Shown: positions 60,229-64,000 of the stretch, piece after piece | Layout of the letters: every line of letters begins with the position of its first letter | Position numbering within the stretch: position 1 is the stretch's first letter | Source: Candidatus Competibacter sp. | Lineage (GTDB): Bacteria; Pseudomonadota; Gammaproteobacteria; Competibacterales; Competibacteraceae | Assembly: GCA_037045535.1 (NCBI GenBank) | Contig: JBAOHI010000071.1 | Span: 212,214 to 276,213 of the forward strand | Reading direction: 5' to 3' | Length of the DNA: 64,000 nucleotides | Notes under the pieces: model-generated | Databases searched by the model: none | Seen by the model: the letters and a program-made list of their open reading frames with translations, nothing else | What the model was told of the DNA's origin: nothing | Translations under genes and position numbers: made by a program

Positions 60229-60240
60229 GAGTGGGAATAG
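60229..60240 (+). repeat. attR: displaced guaA 3' end (GAGTGGGAATAG)
   Basis: ATC GAG TGG GAA TAG encodes IEWE*; host RND gene resumes 74 bp later. Confidence 0.88.
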
Positions 60241-60313
60241 CTTCCCGAACTCATGATCTGCCTGCCTTGACCGGGCGGGTGAATTTCAGTGGTTTTTTCG
60301 GATTCCGCAGCGG

Positions 60314-63300
60314 TCAGCGCGGGTTCGCGTCGTTGGCGAGAGCCGCTTTGAGCGGTTTGAGCGAATGCGCCGAGCTTTCGTCTCGATCCGGTTCCAGATC
60401 GGAAGATCGGATAGCTTGCTGGGTCTTCTCAGCCGTTGGTGTCCACCGACCCGCCCATCGCTCCAGATAGAGATAGATCACTGGGGTGAGATAGAGGGTC
60501 AGCAGTTGTGACAGCAACAGGCCGCCGACGACCGCCAGTCCCAACGGCCGGCGTACTTCCGCGCCCGCGCCGATGCCCAGAGCGATGGGCAAAGTCCCCA
60601 TCAACGCCGCCATCGTGGTCATCATGATCGGTCGGAACCGAATCAGGCAGGCTTGGAAAATCGCTTCGGCGGGCGCTATTCCCTCGTTGCGCTGTCGATC
60701 AAGCGCGAAGTCGATCATCATGATCGCGTTTTTCTTGACGATGCCCACCAGCATGATAACGCCGACAAACGCGTATAGGCTGAGATCCTCCTTGAACAGC
60801 AGGAGGGTCAGCAAAGCGCCCAGTCCTGCTGAGGGCAGTCCCGACAAAATGGTCAGCGGATGGATGAAGCTCTCGTACAGAATGCCCAGGACGATGTACA
60901 CCACCAGCACCGCTACCAACAGCAGAATCCCGAGACCTTGCAGCGAAGCTTGAAACGCCTGAGCAGTGCCTTGCAGGCTGGTGGTCAGTGACACTGGCAG
61001 GCGCAGTTCGGTTTCGAGCGTCTTGATCCGATCCACTGCGGTGCCGAGCGATACCCCCGGCAGCAGATTAAAGGAAATCGTGACCGAGGGCAGTTGGCCC
61101 TGATGATTCACGGTCAGCGCCTGGGTTTTGCGAGTCACCGAGGTCACGGTATCCAGCGAGACCAGCTTGCCGTTGCTCGATCGGACGTAAATCCGTGCTA
61201 GCGTCGCCGGGTCGGCCTGAAATTCGGGGGCGAGCTCCAGGATCACCTTGTACTGGTTGTTGGAGCCGTAAATCGTGGAGATCTGTCGGGCGCTGAAAGC
61301 GTTTTGCAGAGCGTCTTCCACTTGGCCGAAGCTCAACCCGAGCGCGGCCAGTTTGTCGCGATCCACTTCCAGCGCCACCGCCGGACTGCGATTGTTGAGG
61401 TTGCTGGTCACATCCACGAAACCCGGCAATAGTCGGAATCGGGCGAGCAGCGTGTCCGTCCAACGATAGAGTTCTTCCAGGTCGGTGTCTTGCAGGGTGT
61501 ATTGATACTGGGCGGCAGTGGTCTGGCCGCCGATGCTGATCGGCGGTGGGTTTCGCAGATAGACGTTGATGCCAGGCACCACCGCCAGTTTCGGACGCAA
61601 CACCCGAATCATTTCGTCGGCGGACAATTGTCGTTCCCGCTGGGGTTTGAGGCGGATGAACAGGCTACCGGTGTTGGCGGTAGGCCGGGGTCCGCCAGCA
61701 CCGACCGACGACATGAACCCTTCAATGTTCGGGTCTTGCGCCAGGATCGCCGCTACCGCCCGTTGGCGCTCGATCATGGACGCGAAGGAGGCGTCTTGGG
61801 CACCTTCGGTAAAGGCCGTGATCCGACTGGTGTCGCCGCTGGGTAGAAAGTCCTTGGGTATCCGGTCAAACAGCCAAAGAGTGGCCAGGAGCGTTACGAT
61901 GAAGATCAGCATCATCGTTTTCGGCCATGCCATCGCCCGGCGCAGGGTGCGCTCGTAACCGGCCAGCAGGCTGGCGAAGAAACGCTCGAACACCCGATAC
62001 AGCAGGTTGTGCTCATTGGGGTCGGCGTGCCGCAGGTAGCGACTGCACAGCATGGGTGTCAGCGTGAGCGACACGAAGCCGGATACCAGAATCGCCGCGC
62101 AGATAGTGACCGCGAATTCGTGCAGCAGTCGCCCCACGATGCCACCCATGAACATCACCGGAATGAAAACAGCGATCAGGGACAGCGTCATGGAAAGGAT
62201 GGTGAAACCGATCTCTCGCGCTCCGGTGAGCGCTGCCTGGAACGGCGGGTCGCCGCGCTCGATATGGCGAACGATGTTTTCCAGCATCACGATCGCGTCA
62301 TCCACCACGAAGCCGACCGACAAGGTCAGTGCCAGCAGCGACAGGTTGTCGAGGCTGTAGCCGAGCGCGTACATCGCCGCGAAGGTACCGATCACCGAGA
62401 TCGGCAGGGCCAGGCTGGGAATCAGGGTGGCCGACAGATTGCGCAGGAACAGCAGGATCACCAGGATCACCAGGGCACCCGCCAGCATTAGGGTGAACTG
62501 CACATCGTCGATCGATTCGCGGATCGATTCGCTCCGGTCGTACAACACCTTGAGTTCGATGGAGGCGGGGAGATTCGCCTGGAACGCCGGCAGCACGGCC
62601 TTGATAGCATCCACGGTGGCGACGGTGTTGGCCCCCGGCTGGCGTTGGATGGCCAGCACGATGGCCCGCCGATCGACGTACCAGCTGGCGACCTTGTTGT
62701 TCTCGACGCTGTCCAGCGGTGTTGCGACCTCGTTTAAGCGCACCGGCGCGCCGTTGCGGTACGCGACGATCAGCGGGCCGTAGGCAGCGGCAGTTTCCAG
62801 TTGACCGTTGGTCTTGATCGCGATGCTTTGCTGGGGTCCGTCGAAGGATCCGACCGGCTGATTGACGTTGCCGTCCTGAATCGCCTTTTGCAGCTCGTCC
62901 AGGCCGATGCCGCGCGCGGCGAGCTGATCCGGATCCGCCTGGATCCGCACCGCGAATTTCTGCGAGCCGAACACCCGCACCTGCGCGACCCCGGTGATGG
63001 TGGACAGACGCTGGGCCAGCATGGTTTCGGCGTACTCGTTCACCACCGACAGCGGCAAGGTCGGCGATTGCATGACGATGTAGAAAATCGGCGAGTCCGC
63101 CGGATTGACCTTGCGAAAAGAAGGTGGGAGTCGGCATGTCGGCCGGCAATTGCCGCTGAGCGGTCGCGATGGCGGTCTGCACATCTTGGGCAGCGGCATC
63201 GATGTTGCGGTCGAGCGCGAATTGCAGGGTGATTGAAGTCGAGCCCTGAGCGCTGGTCGAACTCATCGAATCCAGGCCGGCGATGGTCGAGAACTGACTT

Positions 63301-63503
63301 TCCAGCGGGGTTGCCACCGCGGCCGCCATGGTTTCGGGCGAGGCGCCTGGCAGGGAAGCCGACACCGAGATGGTGGGAAAATCCACGCTCGGCAGCTCGC
63401 TGACCGGTAGGGCGTGGTAGGCCAACACGCCGAAAATCACAAAAGCCGCCATCAGCAGTGTGGTCATCACCGGACGGCGAATGCACAGTTCGGGCAGTTG
63501 CAT
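60314..63503 (-). CDS. RND efflux permease (MdtB/C-like); 1-nt frameshift at about 63126-63128
   Basis: IRRPVMTTLLM, VDFPTI, GFVVDDAIVMLENI, GIVKKNAIMMIDFA, RFRPIMMTT; removing one C from ACTCCCACC restores DMPTPPSFRK. Confidence 0.9.
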
Positions 63504-63512
63504 CGTGTTTTC

Positions 63513-64000
63513 TCAACTGTCGCTGGTCTTGATCTGTACTTTCGCGCCAGGTGACAGCCGCAATTGTCCGTCGGTGACGACGGTTTCGCCCTCCCGCAAG
63601 CCTTGGCCAATCACTGCGGTATCCGCTTGTAGCAGAGCGACCGTGACCGGACGGGTTTCGACGGTGGTGTCCGGCTTGACGACAAACACGAAGCTGCCCA
63701 CCGGTCCCTGCTGCACCGCTACCGCCGGAATGGTCACGGCGGTGGGGAGAGTATCGAGCGTGAGCCCGATATTCAGGAATTGGCCGGGCGTCAGAGTTTG
63801 GGATTCGTTGGGTACCGTGGCCTTCATCTGAATGGCGCCAGTGGTCGGATCGACCGCGTTGTCGAGAAACCGCGCCACGCCAGGGAACCGTTGCCCGCGT
63901 TCGCCCGGCACCGTCACCGTCACCGGCAGCGGTTCGACTCGCAAGGCGGCCTGCAAGCGGGGCAGATGGCGTTCGGGAACGGCAAAGGTGACATAGATCG
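63513..64000 (-). CDS. RND membrane fusion protein (MdtA-like), 5' part outside the window
   Basis: FLDNAVDPTTG, PGQF, AVQQGP.G.FVFVV, GL..GETVVTDGQ.RL.PG. Confidence 0.9.
   Translation of the reverse strand, partial: IYVTFAVPERHLPRLQAALRVEPLPVTVTVPGERGQRFPGVARFLDNAVDPTTGAIQMKATVPNESQTLTPGQFLNIGLTLDTLPTAVTIPAVAVQQGPVGSFVFVVKPDTTVETRPVTVALLQADTAVIGQGLREGETVVTDGQLRLSPGAKVQIKTSDS

Larger units (their letters stand above)
50448..60236. mobile_element. Second, decayed guaA-targeting genomic island (about 9.8 kb)
   Basis: Bounded by GAGTGGGA at 50448 and 60229; own integrase; arm-type repeats TGACGGTAAA at 50587, 50650, 50721 and 50734 and (T/G)ACGGTAA at 60145-60166. Confidence 0.88.

Noticed and set aside
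34988..60236. Single 25-kb composite element mobilised by the GIsul2 integrase
   Set aside because: The cores match but the arm repeats at the distal end are of the island-2 type, so efficient joint excision is unsupported

Overview
GC-rich gammaproteobacterial chromosome (gene content suggests a PHA-storing, Competibacteraceae-like organism; this is inference only). Bases 1-35000 are mostly core genes: pilZ-tatD-nudix, a polyprenyl-phospho-arabinose cluster (UbiA-HAD/DprE1/DprE2-like), ettA, malonyl-CoA decarboxylase, an HDOD/PilB-like ATPase/sigma54-activator block, acyl-CoA dehydrogenase-etfAB-acuI-phaJ, a Ser/Thr kinase-FGE and PP2C pair, bcp, TetR, fadD, tandem PilZ genes, xseA, guaB and guaA. 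Two genomic islands sit in tandem at the 3' end of guaA, bounded by four copies of the att core GAGTGGGA (34988, 47156, 50448, 60229). Island 1 (15,460 bp core to core) has the GIsul2 layout: int, alpA, repA, repC with iterons, an IncP-1beta-like oriT, trbJKL, ars operon, resolvase, ISCR2, partial glmM and sul2. Island 2 (about 9.8 kb) is decayed: its integrase is cut by IS630 and its alpA by an ISAs1 remnant. It still carries intact cargo that looks like uncharacterised anti-phage defence: a HicA-like toxin and HTH pair with a palindromic operator, a 1070-aa protein with a PD-(D/E)xK-like nuclease domain and helical repeats, and a 374-aa PIN-like protein. The window ends in an RND efflux operon whose permease has a 1-nt frameshift.
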